A DNA stretch of 64,000 nt from the NCBI GenBank assembly GCA_963769935.1, contig CAVYNY010000013.1, positions 416,001-480,000 of the forward strand. The letters are read 5' to 3'. Below the pieces are notes generated by a model that saw only the letters and a program-made list of their open reading frames with translations, was not told the DNA's origin and made no database searches. Below are positions 51,504 through 62,263 of the stretch, piece by piece. This stretch comes from an uncultured delta proteobacterium. Its GTDB lineage: Bacteria; Desulfobacterota; Desulfobacteria; Desulfobacterales; JAFDCJ01. Position 1 is the first letter of the stretch; each line of letters starts with the position of its first letter. The position numbers were made by a program, and so were the translations under genes.

Positions 51504-51708
51504 ATCAAAATGGGAAACTTCATTTTCAACCCGGACGAATTCTTAAATACAGCGTAATTCTCATCCAAATACATGATCCATCTTATTTATATTTTAAGAA
51601 ACTACGGATAAAGAACAGCCGGGAGGAAAAAATGGCTCCGAATGCAATTTTTGACTCCCAAAGGCGAAAATCTCAACGTTTGGTGAGATAAAATTAAGGG
51701 ATTGTTGA

Positions 51709-52266
51709 TTGAAATACCTGACTGCCACAGCAATTTTAATCTTTGTCTGCTATTCTGCGGCCGTTTCAAATGCGGACCAGCTTTATATATGGACGGATAA
51801 AAGCGGTGAAACGCATATTACCCAGGAGCCGCCGCCGGAAGGAGCCCAAAAAAATTCGGTTATCGAATACACACCGCAGCCCGAAAAAGAAGTGAAACAA
51901 TACCAACAGCAGCAGCAGATAGAATTTGCAACCCAGCGCCTGGAACAACGGCGGCAAGAAGCTCTGGCAGCGCGCAAAAAAGCCGACGAAGCGCGCAGGG
52001 AAGCGCAGCAGGCAAGGATAGAGGCGGATACAGTAACCCGCAAGGCGCAGGAGTATATCGACACCCATAATCGAAACCAGTATATGCGCCGGGCCTTCAA
52101 GTATGATAGGAGAAAGGCGGCTGAGGGAGCCGACGCTGCCCAGGAAAAAGCCCTGGAAGCCGAAAAAAGGGCGCAAGCGGCCGAGAAGGAGGCGCAAGCG
52201 GCTGCGCAACGTTTGCAGCAGGCGCTGCAGCAGACCCCGCTGACTGATCAGAATCGCGGGCAGTGA
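51709..52266 (+). CDS. DUF4124 domain secreted protein with coiled coil
   Basis: signal peptide; LYIWTDKSGETHITQEPPP. Confidence 0.8.
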   Translation: MKYLTATAILIFVCYSAAVSNADQLYIWTDKSGETHITQEPPPEGAQKNSVIEYTPQPEKEVKQYQQQQQIEFATQRLEQRRQEALAARKKADEARREAQQARIEADTVTRKAQEYIDTHNRNQYMRRAFKYDRRKAAEGADAAQEKALEAEKRAQAAEKEAQAAAQRLQQALQQTPLTDQNRGQ

Positions 52267-52281
52267 TGCCGTGGCCTATGT

Positions 52282-53997
52282 TTACATTTTCCCCGAGCGG
52301 AATATGGAGATGATCAACCAGAACCCCAGGATGGTTGCCAGCGAGTAGCCGAGCAGGCCGAGCAGGCCGGTTATCGAAACGGTATGGCTGCCGTAGAAGT
52401 CAACCGTGAATTCCAGCAGCTTCTGGGAAGAGTTTAGAACCAGGGAGCCGGCAATCAGGGAGGCGCTGATCACCAGACCAACCGTGAGTCGATTCATGGA
52501 TTTTTCCATCCTGGCCGGAATCTCCTGAAATCCTTTGAGCCGGATTTCGATGGGACGTTTTCCGGTAGCCAAGCCTTTGATGAGATCGTTGAGCAGCCGG
52601 GGGATATCCTTCAGATAGCCGTGGGTGGACCGGATCTCCCGGCCGATGTTGTGCACCAGCTTCTGAGCGTCGTAGCCGCGCTGCAGCAGTTCTTTCGCGT
52701 AGGGCCGGGTAACCTCGAGCAGGCTGGCGTCGCTGCCCAGGATTTTGCCCAGCGCTTCGGTCTGAATAAACGTCTTCATCAGCAGCATCAAATCCCGGGG
52801 CAAGCAGATCCGATATTTGACCAGCAGCTGCATGACTTGCTCATAAACGTCTCTAACCGCAATGGTCTTCAGCGTTCGCCCGTAAAAGGGTTCGCTGATA
52901 TCCTTTAAGTCATTGCGAAAATTTTTCAGATTGACGGTCCCCTCACTGATCAAACCGGCATCCTCGAGGGCATCCATGATCATGTTGTAATCGTGTTCCG
53001 CATAGCCCAGCAACACGTTGGCCAGTTGCATCATCGTCTCTTCATCAAGATAACCGATGATGCCGAAATCCAGCAGGCTGACCCTTCCATCGTACATCAC
53101 AACGGTATTGCCGGGATGGGGATCGGCGTGGAATAGACCAAACTCCATCAGCTGCCGCGAAAAGGACCGCAAGCCGATCATGGCGATTTCTTTGGGATCG
53201 ATATTGTTGGCGATGATTTCGTCGACCTGATCCATTTTGATCCCGTCAATGTGCTCCATCACCAGGACGGACCTTGCGGTGTAGTCCCAGTAGACTTTCG
53301 GGATGTAGAGTTCTTGGCTGTCTCTGAAGTTCTGGGCAAACCGTTCTATGTTGCCGGCTTCGATATACATGTCGAGCTCGCGAAAAATGCTTCTTTCAAA
53401 CTCCTTAACCAGGTCCACAAAGCTGATGATCTTGCCGATCTCAAACGATTTTTCAATTTTCGCCGCGAAGTAGTACATCAGCCGGATGTCTTCACGGATC
53501 TTTTTGTCGATGCCGGGTCGAATAACCTTCACCACAACCCGCCGGTGCTCGTCCAGTTCGGCCGCATGCACCTGAGCGACCGAAGCCGCAGCCAGCGCTT
53601 CCTCCTCGATGGACACGAAGGTATCTGATAAGGGCCGTTTAAGCTCTCTTTCAATCACCGCCTTGATCTCTTCGAAAGGGATGGGCGGAACCTGGTCCTG
53701 CAGTTTTTTAAACTCGGCAATATATTCCGGGGGAAAGATATCGGCCCGGGTACTCATCAACTGGCCCAATTTGATAAAACTGGGTCCAAGTTCTTCGAGA
53801 ACCCGACGAATTCGCTGCGGCGACGGATAAGCCGTGCGGGCCACCCCAGGCCTGTCGTTTTCAGCGGGGACGGAGATCTTCTTACGGTTTGCGATTCGAT
53901 CCAGGATATCACCAAGCCCGTGTTTCACCATCAGCCGGGTGATAACACCGAACCGTTTGATGTTGCTGACCCGATAGGTCTTTTTGGAAAAATTCAT
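52282..53997 (-). CDS. AarF/ABC1/UbiB kinase family protein
   Basis: LGPSFIKLGQ, AASVAQVH, VKV, FHADPHPGN, LDFG. Confidence 0.93.
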   Translation of the reverse strand: MNFSKKTYRVSNIKRFGVITRLMVKHGLGDILDRIANRKKISVPAENDRPGVARTAYPSPQRIRRVLEELGPSFIKLGQLMSTRADIFPPEYIAEFKKLQDQVPPIPFEEIKAVIERELKRPLSDTFVSIEEEALAAASVAQVHAAELDEHRRVVVKVIRPGIDKKIREDIRLMYYFAAKIEKSFEIGKIISFVDLVKEFERSIFRELDMYIEAGNIERFAQNFRDSQELYIPKVYWDYTARSVLVMEHIDGIKMDQVDEIIANNIDPKEIAMIGLRSFSRQLMEFGLFHADPHPGNTVVMYDGRVSLLDFGIIGYLDEETMMQLANVLLGYAEHDYNMIMDALEDAGLISEGTVNLKNFRNDLKDISEPFYGRTLKTIAVRDVYEQVMQLLVKYRICLPRDLMLLMKTFIQTEALGKILGSDASLLEVTRPYAKELLQRGYDAQKLVHNIGREIRSTHGYLKDIPRLLNDLIKGLATGKRPIEIRLKGFQEIPARMEKSMNRLTVGLVISASLIAGSLVLNSSQKLLEFTVDFYGSHTVSITGLLGLLGYSLATILGFWLIISIFRSGKM

Positions 53998-54000
53998 CTT

Positions 54001-54252
54001 CTAATCTTTATCCTTCGCTGCGTCTTCCGGCTCGACCTTATCCCATTTGCGCGCTATTTCAGCCAGCTTTGTCTGGTCGCTGATATATCTTTCCACATAT
54101 CCGCAGTCGCCGCACACGTAGTTGTCCAAAGCAGCCATTGAGGTGAGGCCGATGGGGATGGAGTTGCTGCCGAAGGGGCCTTTTTTCAATGGAATCCCGG
54201 CTCCCGAAAAGACATTATTGGAATTGCATTTGGGACAATTTCCTGTTTTCAA
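54001..54252 (-). CDS. small zinc-ribbon protein
   Basis: GGAGGTG RBS before TTG 54252; CPKC...CGDCGYVE. Confidence 0.7.
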   Translation of the reverse strand: MKTGNCPKCNSNNVFSGAGIPLKKGPFGSNSIPIGLTSMAALDNYVCGDCGYVERYISDQTKLAEIARKWDKVEPEDAAKDKD

Positions 54253-54667
54253 CGTTTCACCTCCCTTTAAAAGTAATGGGTTCATTTTCTCCCCAAACTC
54301 GATTTTTCCGTCAAAAGCCCTATGCGGTTTCTGCTGCACTATGACGAACTTTTACTATCGTGTCAATACGTCATCCGAAGCAGACCTCACAGGTTCCGGG
54401 TTCACCGTTCAGCGTTCCGGGTTTCCTTTTTCCGCTCCAATTTGGCCAATAAAGCGGCAAAAGTTTCAGCTTGAGTAGATTCCGCATTAATTTATTGATT
54501 CCTGATTTTCTATCATGTTAGAAGATCATAACTTCAGCCGGCTCAGGTTCCCGGTCGCAAACCCCGAAAACCGACGCTCCAATCCGGGCACCTCCGGTTA
54601 AAAAACACAGGGACTATGAACGAAATCCGACTGAGTCGCGGCCAAGGATTCAGAAGGGGGAAATGCT

Positions 54668-55507
54668 ATGAAATTCAAAATAATCCTGCTTTTTGCGTTT
54701 CTGCCGGCAATCGCGTTTGCCGACACATTCAGGCAATCTCGAACCCTCGAAATGCCGGCTGCCGGTGTTCACGAATTGAAGGTGCGATGCGGCGCAGGCA
54801 GTTTGACCGTGCAGGGGTTTGAAGGGGTAGACACCATAAAAGTCACGGCCGAAATTGAATTCGAGAGCAACGATGAGGGCGAATTTAAACTTTTGATCGA
54901 CAAACTGGTTCAACTTCACCTTAAAAAAGAATCCGGCAAAGCGATGTTGCTAAGCGACATCGTCAAACAGCCGTTGACGAATGTGGAAGGCAGAATCAAC
55001 CTGAATATCGTAATGCCCGGCAAAATGGACCTCAAGATCGTTGACGGTTCCGGTGATATGGTTGTCAGGAATATCATCGGCGATCTGAAAATTGATGATG
55101 ATTCGGGCGGCATTAAGGTCGAAAATATCACCGGCCGGATAGTCATTAAAGACGGTTCGGGCGATATCGCGATTGAGGAAGTTACCGGCTCCATAAAAAT
55201 CGATGATGGTTCCGGAGGAATCAAAATCCAGAAAACCGCCGGCGATGTGATGATCAAAGATACCAGCGGCTCCATCGAGATCAATAATATCGGCGGCAAT
55301 GTCACTGTGTCGGACGGCTCCGGCAGCATCGATATCTACCGGGTCCAAAAGAATGTGTACATCCGCGAGTCAGGCAGCGGCAAACTCGAGGTTAACGGGG
55401 TTCAGGGCAAGGTGATAATTCGCAATGGCGAAGAAAAAGCGAATGAGGAAAGTCAAGTGAATGAGGAAGATCAAGACAATGCGGAAGATCAAGAGAATGA
55501 GGAATGA
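54668..55507 (+). CDS. DUF4097 beta-strand repeat protein with acidic tail
   Basis: signal peptide; repeated DGSGDI/DDSGGI units. Confidence 0.85.
   Translation: MKFKIILLFAFLPAIAFADTFRQSRTLEMPAAGVHELKVRCGAGSLTVQGFEGVDTIKVTAEIEFESNDEGEFKLLIDKLVQLHLKKESGKAMLLSDIVKQPLTNVEGRINLNIVMPGKMDLKIVDGSGDMVVRNIIGDLKIDDDSGGIKVENITGRIVIKDGSGDIAIEEVTGSIKIDDGSGGIKIQKTAGDVMIKDTSGSIEINNIGGNVTVSDGSGSIDIYRVQKNVYIRESGSGKLEVNGVQGKVIIRNGEEKANEESQVNEEDQDNAEDQENEE
55442..55504 (+). repeat. 18-bp coding tandem repeat (NEEDQx)
   Basis: AATGAGGAAAGTCAAGTG / AATGAGGAAGATCAAGAC / AATGCGGAAGATCAAGAG / AATGAGGAA. Confidence 0.75.
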
Positions 55508-55523
55508 AAAATCCTCAGCACTT

Positions 55524-57218
55524 TTATTTTAATTTAGTGGTGCGCGATGGGGAACCCGGCGTATCCTCCAGAGTATATGTTTTATAACCGCCGCTGAGGG
55601 ATTTAATGTCATATCCGTATTGACCCAGCGCGCGGGCGGCGTAGTAAGATCTCTGCCCCACAAAACAATATGTCCAGACCTCCCGATCCTTGGGGACTTC
55701 TTCCATTCGCTGCCTGAGATCGTTCAATGGAATGTTCACCGCCCCTTCGACATGGCCCGCTTTAAACTCGGATGGATCGCGGACATCCAGCAGGAAGACC
55801 CGGTCTTTTTCAAGTTCCTCCCAGTGGGCAATATTGGCATCGCCGCGCACGACATTGGCGGCGATCATGCCGGCAAGATTGACAGGATCTTTGGCGGAAC
55901 CAAATTGCGGCGCATAACACAACTCGGCTTCCTCTAAGTCGAATACCGTACCGCTATGCTGGATTGCCATGGAAATGACATCGATGCGTTTTTCGACGCC
56001 TTCTTTGCCGACCGCCTGGGCGCTGATGATGCGGCCGTTTCTACTATCGAAAATGAGCTTCAGGCTCATTTGAGTGGATCCGGGATAGTAGGAGGCATGA
56101 TGGCCGGGATGCAGGTAGATTTTTTCAATTTGCGCCGATTCCTCCCACCGCCCCATGCGTTTGAGGGTTTTCTCACCGGGACCCGTAAAGGCCGCAACCA
56201 AGCCCAGTATGCCGACCACCGACGTTCCCTGGACGCCGCGGAATACGGCCTCCCGGCCTGAGATGACATCGGCCGCGATCCGTCCCTGTCGGTTGGCCGG
56301 TCCCGCCAGCGGAATCACGCCCCATTGGCCGGTTATCTCATCCCGGACTTCGACGGCATCGCCGACTGCCCAAATGTTGTCATCGCTGGTTTGCATATGT
56401 TCATCCACCCGTATACCGCCCCGCTGCCCGATTTCCAGCCCGGCCGCCTGGGCCAGCTTTATTTCGGGTTTAACACCAATCGCCAGGATCACCAGGTCGG
56501 TCTCCTTGATCAGGCCGGATTTCAATCTGACCGACAGGCAATGATCGCCTTTGTTCTCAAACCCGACGACGGACTCGTTGAGGTGCAGCGCGACGCCGTG
56601 CTTGACCAGTTCGTCCTGAATAGGGGCCGCCATTTCCGGGTCCAGCAGCGGCATCACCTGGGCCTGCATTTCGACAATGGTCACCGCCAATCCAAGTTTC
56701 ACCAGGTTTTCGGTCATTTCCATGCCGATGTAGCCGCCGCCCACCACCACCACGCGCCCGGCGTTGTACCGTTTGATCCAGGCCTTGATTTGACGGCTGT
56801 CCGGTATGGTTCGCAGGGAAAAAATTCCGGGCAGATCAATGCCCGGCATCTTCGGTTTGATCGGACTGGCCCCGGGTGAGAGCACCAGTGCATCATAGGA
56901 TTCATGGTAAATTTCTCCGGACCTGAGATCGGTGACCTGAATCCGGCGATTTTGGCGGTCAATGTCCAGAACCTCCGACTGCACCCGTACTTCTATTTCA
57001 AATCGTTTGCGGAACAACTCCGGGGTGGCCATCAGAAGGTTTTTTTCTTTCTTGATTACATTACCCACATAATAGGGCAAACCGCAGTTGGCAAACGAGA
57101 CATATTCGCCCCGGTCGAACATGATAATTTTTGCTGTTTCAGAAAGCCTGCGGGCCCGTGCCGCGCAGGAAGCACCTCCGGCGACGCCGCCCACAATTAA
57201 GATCCGCTTTTGTTTCAT
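55524..57218 (-). CDS. CoA-disulfide/persulfide reductase with C-terminal rhodanese domain
   Basis: GGVAGG, SFANCGLPYY redox Cys, GGGYIG, YAPQF, LDVR..YCFVGQRS. Confidence 0.92.
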   Translation of the reverse strand: MKQKRILIVGGVAGGASCAARARRLSETAKIIMFDRGEYVSFANCGLPYYVGNVIKKEKNLLMATPELFRKRFEIEVRVQSEVLDIDRQNRRIQVTDLRSGEIYHESYDALVLSPGASPIKPKMPGIDLPGIFSLRTIPDSRQIKAWIKRYNAGRVVVVGGGYIGMEMTENLVKLGLAVTIVEMQAQVMPLLDPEMAAPIQDELVKHGVALHLNESVVGFENKGDHCLSVRLKSGLIKETDLVILAIGVKPEIKLAQAAGLEIGQRGGIRVDEHMQTSDDNIWAVGDAVEVRDEITGQWGVIPLAGPANRQGRIAADVISGREAVFRGVQGTSVVGILGLVAAFTGPGEKTLKRMGRWEESAQIEKIYLHPGHHASYYPGSTQMSLKLIFDSRNGRIISAQAVGKEGVEKRIDVISMAIQHSGTVFDLEEAELCYAPQFGSAKDPVNLAGMIAANVVRGDANIAHWEELEKDRVFLLDVRDPSEFKAGHVEGAVNIPLNDLRQRMEEVPKDREVWTYCFVGQRSYYAARALGQYGYDIKSLSGGYKTYTLEDTPGSPSRTTKLK

Positions 57219-57279
57219 TTAACCGGTCCTTTCGGTTCCAACTCCAGGCAAGTTTTAGGATCTGCCTGCTTTTTAAATA

Positions 57280-57912
57280 TCATTGCTTGTTTGAACTATC
57301 GATTTGAACGATAGGAATCACTTCGATGAACAGCTTATCGCCGTGGGTATAAACGTCGGCGATATCCATATTTAGTGTCCATAACTGATTGTACAATTCG
57401 GATTTTACCGGTTTTAGATTTTTCAGCTCAACCGGGTATTCGATGCCGCTTAGCGCCGTCAGCAATCCATTCAGCAAGGCATCCCCCTGGCTGAATTCCT
57501 TCTCATTTTCCGGCGCCAGCAGGTTAGGCTTAAAATACAGCGTCTTTTTGCTTTTATCGTAGTTAAATGAAACCTCCCAGCGGCTGGGTAAGTTCACTTC
57601 GCCGACCACGAAATTTACGACCTGCTTGCCGATTTTTGTCGCGTATTTGATATCTTTGCCGCTGATCAGGGAAGAAAATGAAATCTTGCCGTTGTTTATC
57701 CTGATATTTTCAATGGACTGAACATAAAAAGATCCTACAAAATTTTTACCGAGATCTATTTTATATGGCAGCAAGGGTTTAATTGCTTTGGCCAGGCTTT
57801 GCGCCGGAACCACAACGGTCATTTCCCGCAAACCATCCACTTGAGCGCTGGCTGAGGAAACGATTGAAAGAAAGATAGCCGAAGCCAATACCACTTTATA
57901 TAATCTTTTCAT
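57280..57912 (-). CDS. secreted hypothetical protein
   Basis: signal peptide ending ASA; 210-aa open frame. Confidence 0.7.
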   Translation of the reverse strand: MKRLYKVVLASAIFLSIVSSASAQVDGLREMTVVVPAQSLAKAIKPLLPYKIDLGKNFVGSFYVQSIENIRINNGKISFSSLISGKDIKYATKIGKQVVNFVVGEVNLPSRWEVSFNYDKSKKTLYFKPNLLAPENEKEFSQGDALLNGLLTALSGIEYPVELKNLKPVKSELYNQLWTLNMDIADVYTHGDKLFIEVIPIVQIDSSNKQ

Positions 57913-58028
57913 GGCACGATACCACCTTCAACCCGTAGAAAATTAAAATGGATGCAGTGCGCCAGACACACATGATCCGCACAGTCCGGGATAAGCCCCT
58001 GATCCACCCGGTGATGGCACAGGCTGCA
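57909..58028 (-). pseudogene. C-terminal fragment of a 4Fe-4S dicluster (DmsB/NrfC-like) subunit
   Basis: translates CSLCHHRVDQGLIPDCADHVCLAHCIHF; stop overlaps the next ATG; not in the ORF track. Confidence 0.7.
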
Positions 58029-58064
58029 CTAAATATTCAATCATCAATCGTCAATTGTCAATTG

Positions 58065-58245
58065 TCAATTGTCCTCCTCCGGATAAATCTTGCACAGCAA
58101 GGTCCTCACAATGGTCGCGCCCATGGCCGGGGTCTTTACCCTCCGGAAACCACCAGCCGTGCTCGCTGGATTCAGCCCCGCAGCGTTCTTTGCAGTCCAG
58201 GATTCTCCCGGCAAGGGATATCCTCTGTCCTTTCAGCTGGCGCCA
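58065..58245 (-). pseudogene. C-terminal fragment of a molybdopterin oxidoreductase (acetylene hydratase-like)
   Basis: EHGWWFPEGKDP, then in a shifted frame PAMGATIVRTLLCKIYPEEDN*. Confidence 0.65.
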
Positions 58246-58275
58246 TGGTCCCTGAATAAGATTTTTAAATCACTT

Positions 58276-58971
58276 CTAAGCAAAGTATGTCGGTTTTAGA
58301 ACTAGCAGATCATCCGTCATTCTTTCAGCCTTTAACACAAAATCACAAAGCCCGATGTCCAGACAAAGGTCGAAATCGGTTTGCGGTGCCCAGGTTACCG
58401 CCGGGTCGAAAAAAATCCGGGCGGTCTTCGAATCTTTGAGCCGGCGGTAGATTTGATTTCTTTCCAATTTGCGATTGTTCAGCCGGCCGGCTATATATTC
58501 CGCGCAAAGCGTGTCCTCGTCGTTGGGTGTAACCGCCCAGGTCCCCATGCAGACCAGGGACACTTTAGCGGGTGACTTCTTTCTGATGTAGGTCACGATC
58601 GCCTCGGCATTGACAAAGCTGCCGGTGATCAGCTCGTCGGCATCCTTGGCATTGGCAAAGCCCTGGGTCCCCGCCGAGGTGGTCTGAATGACGGTTTTTC
58701 CTGAAAAATCGACGGCCTGAATATCTGTCGGCGAGTTGCCGTAGTCAAATCCCGGCAGCATTTTGCCCTGCCGCTCCCCCATCAGAATATAGTCCGGATT
58801 TTTCTCCTTGAGTTGGTAGGCCAGCTCGACATCACCCACCGGAATAATCCCTCCGGCACCGTTTCGCACAACATAACACGCTGTTGAAAATGCGCGAAAC
58901 ACATCGATGATGACGGTAAGACCCCTGGCCTGCCTAGCGCCCTCGATTAGCTGTAATATATCGATATTCAA
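58276..58971 (-). CDS. comB: 2-phosphosulfolactate phosphatase family protein
   Basis: VIIDVFRA, GER, FDYGNSP, TTSAGT, EDTLCA. Confidence 0.85.
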   Translation of the reverse strand: MNIDILQLIEGARQARGLTVIIDVFRAFSTACYVVRNGAGGIIPVGDVELAYQLKEKNPDYILMGERQGKMLPGFDYGNSPTDIQAVDFSGKTVIQTTSAGTQGFANAKDADELITGSFVNAEAIVTYIRKKSPAKVSLVCMGTWAVTPNDEDTLCAEYIAGRLNNRKLERNQIYRRLKDSKTARIFFDPAVTWAPQTDFDLCLDIGLCDFVLKAERMTDDLLVLKPTYFA

Positions 58972-59164
58972 TTTTATTCACCTGTCTGATGATGTGAACT
59001 TAGCTTGAGCGGTTCAGGTTTTCCCGCCGCGGCTGGATTCAGGGTTGAAAAACCCGGCCGGTTCGTATCAAAATAAAATAAATTTCAAGCGAGGTAGTTA
59101 TCTATTTCCTGAACGGTTGGCAATGAATATTTTTGGCATGAAAGCCTGAAAAAAAGCCGGGGAA

Positions 59165-59370
59165 TGGTTCGGATTGCGCGCCCGCACAGACTCCAGCACA
59201 CGCAGAATTTCCTGGGTTTGCGGGTAGGCTGCATATCCCGGGTCCAGTAATTCCAGGGCCGCAGATCCATGAGCGCCTCGGCGTAAAGTGCGGCCGCATC
59301 GAGATCAGCGGGGTAACGGTCATGCAGGTCGCGCATGGCGCTTGCATAAGCGCAGTCCAGGGCACTGGAT
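59165..59370 (-). pseudogene. internal fragment of a TPR-repeat protein
   Basis: AYASAMRDLHDRYPADLDAAALYAEALMDLRPWNYW, frameshift, then YPQTQEILRVLESVRARNPNH. Confidence 0.6.
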
Positions 59371-60323
59371 ATCGCCCCAGGCTCAGTCCTCAGCACTCAT
59401 CGCTGTTCCTTTTTTGATTTGAAAGAGCGACGCGATTCCGCCCTTCGACATTCTATATTTAGCATTCGATATTCTACGGTTCGCTGTTCAGTTCAACCTG
59501 TCGCCGGCCCCGCAGCCCCCGGGCCGGGAAGCCCGGTGGGCAGAAAGCGGGTCCGGAGGTCGCCCGGCCGGGGCTAAGTTAGTTCTTGATAAATTCTGAA
59601 CCAGCAGATATATCAAAAAAGGTATGAAGCTGGTTCGCCTCGTATCTGATAAACCCGGTGCTCTTCTTTTGAAATTTGAATTCACATTTCAGGCCTAGAA
59701 AGGAGACTCTCAAATGGCGATATTTTTTATGTAATGATCCCCCCAAATTTACCGCCAATACCCGTCTGAAATCCTCAGGTTTAAAGTCAAAAAAAACGTC
59801 CCAAAGTGACAGGCCGGCATTGATTCCAAACTGAACAGTTTACGACCCTGAAGGTGCTGCTTTTCAGGGGCGGAGTACTTAGATGATCGCCAGTTGTTTT
59901 CTGGCAGAAAGCGCGAGCATAAATCAAGGAGCAGGCCGGTCTGGTCGGGCGAAAGACCAATGTTGCGGGATGCCGTCCCGATGACTGCGGTGCCAACGCC
60001 CAGAAAGAACCTGGCTGTAAACGAAGACATCGTAAGCATATTTTTGTTGCCTGTCATGTCGAATAATCCCTGATGATGCTTATGGTACTGTTATTAAACC
60101 TCCGCACGCGGCTTGCCTCTGTGGCAAAAAACATATAAAAGAAGACTCGGATAATTTCTCTGTATTTATTTAAGCTCCATTGTGAGATCTAGACAACCAT
60201 AATTTGCGGGACAGGTCGATAAATATAGAACCCGGGCCCAGAGGACCCGGCTTTGATTTCACCCCGCAAGGGTGAAGCTCACCTTTAGACATTGAATGGA
60301 AAGATGGAGTGTTGGAATAAATC

Positions 60324-61154
60324 ATGCTCCGGTTCGGCTACAATACGAATGGATTTAACTGCCACTCCCTGGAGTCGGCCCTGGAAATAATTGCCGGTCT
60401 GGGCTACCGGGGGGTGGCCATCACCCTGGACAATTACATATTGAATCCGCAGGATGCTGATCTGGACCGCAAGCTGGCCCTCACCCATGCAATGCTCACA
60501 GAACATTCGCTGGCCTGTGTCATTGAAACCGGTGCCCGCTTTCTGCTTGACCCGCGGCACAAGCATGAACCCACGCTGATATCGGCCGACGAGACCGCAA
60601 GACAAATCCGTCTCGATTTTTTAAAGCGCGCCCTAAGGATTGCCGCCCGTCTCGAGGCGCAAGCCCTTTCTTTCTGGTCGGGCGCCAGGTGTGACCCGGT
60701 TACGGAAGCCGAGGCCTGGCAGTGGCTGGCAGCAGGCTGCCGGGAGCTTTTAGACGAGGCTGTCCGATACGGTGTTTTCCTGGCGTTTGAGCCGGAGCCC
60801 GGCATGTTCATCGAAAATCTGACCCAATACCAAAGACTGAAGCAGCACCTCGATCACCATTTATGGGGTCTGACCCTGGACCTGGGCCATGCCTTTTTGA
60901 CCGAAGCGGCCGGGCCGGCCGTCTGTATCCGGCAGTTCAAGGATGATATAAAAAACATTCATGCCGAAGATATGCGCAAGGGTATCCACGAGCATCTGCA
61001 GTTCGGCGAAGGAGAGATCGACTTTATTGGAATATTTAAGGCGTTGAAAGATATTAAATATACAGGGCTCATCAATGTGGAACTCAGCCGCCACAGCCAC
61101 AATGCCGTAAAGGCGGCCGGACAGGCATTTGAATACCTGTCCAAGTTAAGCTGA
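60324..61154 (+). CDS. sugar phosphate isomerase/epimerase (xylose isomerase-like TIM barrel)
   Basis: FGYNTNG, IETGARFLLDP, FEPEPGM, LDLGH, HEHL.FGEGEID, VEL.RH. Confidence 0.88.
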   Translation: MLRFGYNTNGFNCHSLESALEIIAGLGYRGVAITLDNYILNPQDADLDRKLALTHAMLTEHSLACVIETGARFLLDPRHKHEPTLISADETARQIRLDFLKRALRIAARLEAQALSFWSGARCDPVTEAEAWQWLAAGCRELLDEAVRYGVFLAFEPEPGMFIENLTQYQRLKQHLDHHLWGLTLDLGHAFLTEAAGPAVCIRQFKDDIKNIHAEDMRKGIHEHLQFGEGEIDFIGIFKALKDIKYTGLINVELSRHSHNAVKAAGQAFEYLSKLS

Positions 61155-61288
61155 AAAGAATTTATTTTTCATAATAAATAATTAGCTGCCACGCCAATGC
61201 GGTATATTGCCGTACGGTCCACATATAAATTCAAAAGATATGGGCATGCCGAAGGCACGAAAGTATCCAAGACAGGGGATCAGACGCC

Positions 61289-62194
61289 ATGCGGTCAAGT
61301 AAATCGCGGCAATTTGCGGCTTCAGACAGGACGCAGCAGCAGTTCCAGCTGCCCGATGGAAGATCCCTGGGCTATGCCGAGTATGGAGATGCCCGGGGCC
61401 GGCCGGTTTTCTATTTTCACGGATTTCCGGGATCACGGCTCGAGGCCCGCCTGGCCGGACAAGCGGCGGTCTCATACGGCATCCGCCTTATTGCGCTGGA
61501 CCGGCCGGGGTATGGACTGTCGGATGTGAAGCGCCATCGAACGCTGCTGGATTGGGCGGAGGACACGGTTCACCTGGCTGATTTCCTGGGCATCGGGCGC
61601 TTTTCGGTAGTCGGAGTTTCCGGCGGGGGACCGTATGCGGCAGCCTGCGCATTCAAAATTCCGCATCTGGTGGACAAGGTTGCCATCGTATGCGGGCTGG
61701 GACCGGTGGTGTCCTGCGGCAGCCGAAACAGCGCCGCAGGCCGCACCGTAAACGGGCTGCTCCTGGCCGGCAGGTTCCCGATCTTCGCGCGGTTGCCGTT
61801 TGCAGCCGCGGCCCTGATGTATCGTGAACATCCGGCGCTTATGCTGGCCTTGATATCCCGCCACTTGGCGCAATGTGATCGGCTGGCCCTGCAGATACCG
61901 GAGCTCCATCAGCTATTGTGCGACTCCTTCCGCGAAGCCTTTCGCCGCAGCCTCCTTGGGCCGACCCGGGACCTGGTGCTCTATGGGCGGGATTGGGGAT
62001 TTGTCCTTCACGATATCCACGTGCCCACACGACTCTGGCACGGTGAAAAAGACGCCGTCGTGCCTCCGGCCATGGCGCATATGCTGGCGGATGAAATTCC
62101 GACCTGCCGCGCTTTGTTTTACCCGGAAGACGGACATTTTTCCATCATCGCCAATCGCCTGGGAGAAATCCTGGCGGAACTTTCGATAGACTGA
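61289..62194 (+). CDS. alpha/beta hydrolase
   Basis: FHGFPGSR, DRPGYG, GVSGGGP nucleophile, WHGEKD, GHFS. Confidence 0.92.
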   Translation: MRSSKSRQFAASDRTQQQFQLPDGRSLGYAEYGDARGRPVFYFHGFPGSRLEARLAGQAAVSYGIRLIALDRPGYGLSDVKRHRTLLDWAEDTVHLADFLGIGRFSVVGVSGGGPYAAACAFKIPHLVDKVAIVCGLGPVVSCGSRNSAAGRTVNGLLLAGRFPIFARLPFAAAALMYREHPALMLALISRHLAQCDRLALQIPELHQLLCDSFREAFRRSLLGPTRDLVLYGRDWGFVLHDIHVPTRLWHGEKDAVVPPAMAHMLADEIPTCRALFYPEDGHFSIIANRLGEILAELSID

Positions 62195-62263
62195 ATGCGG
62201 GCGCTTTGGCAATTTTGAATTGGTCCGGATGAGCTGAAATAACAATGCCGCATTATCAAACCG

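Noticed and set aside
59749..60057. 102-aa minus-strand ORF
   Set aside because: No recognisable motif beyond a weak MFS-like stretch.
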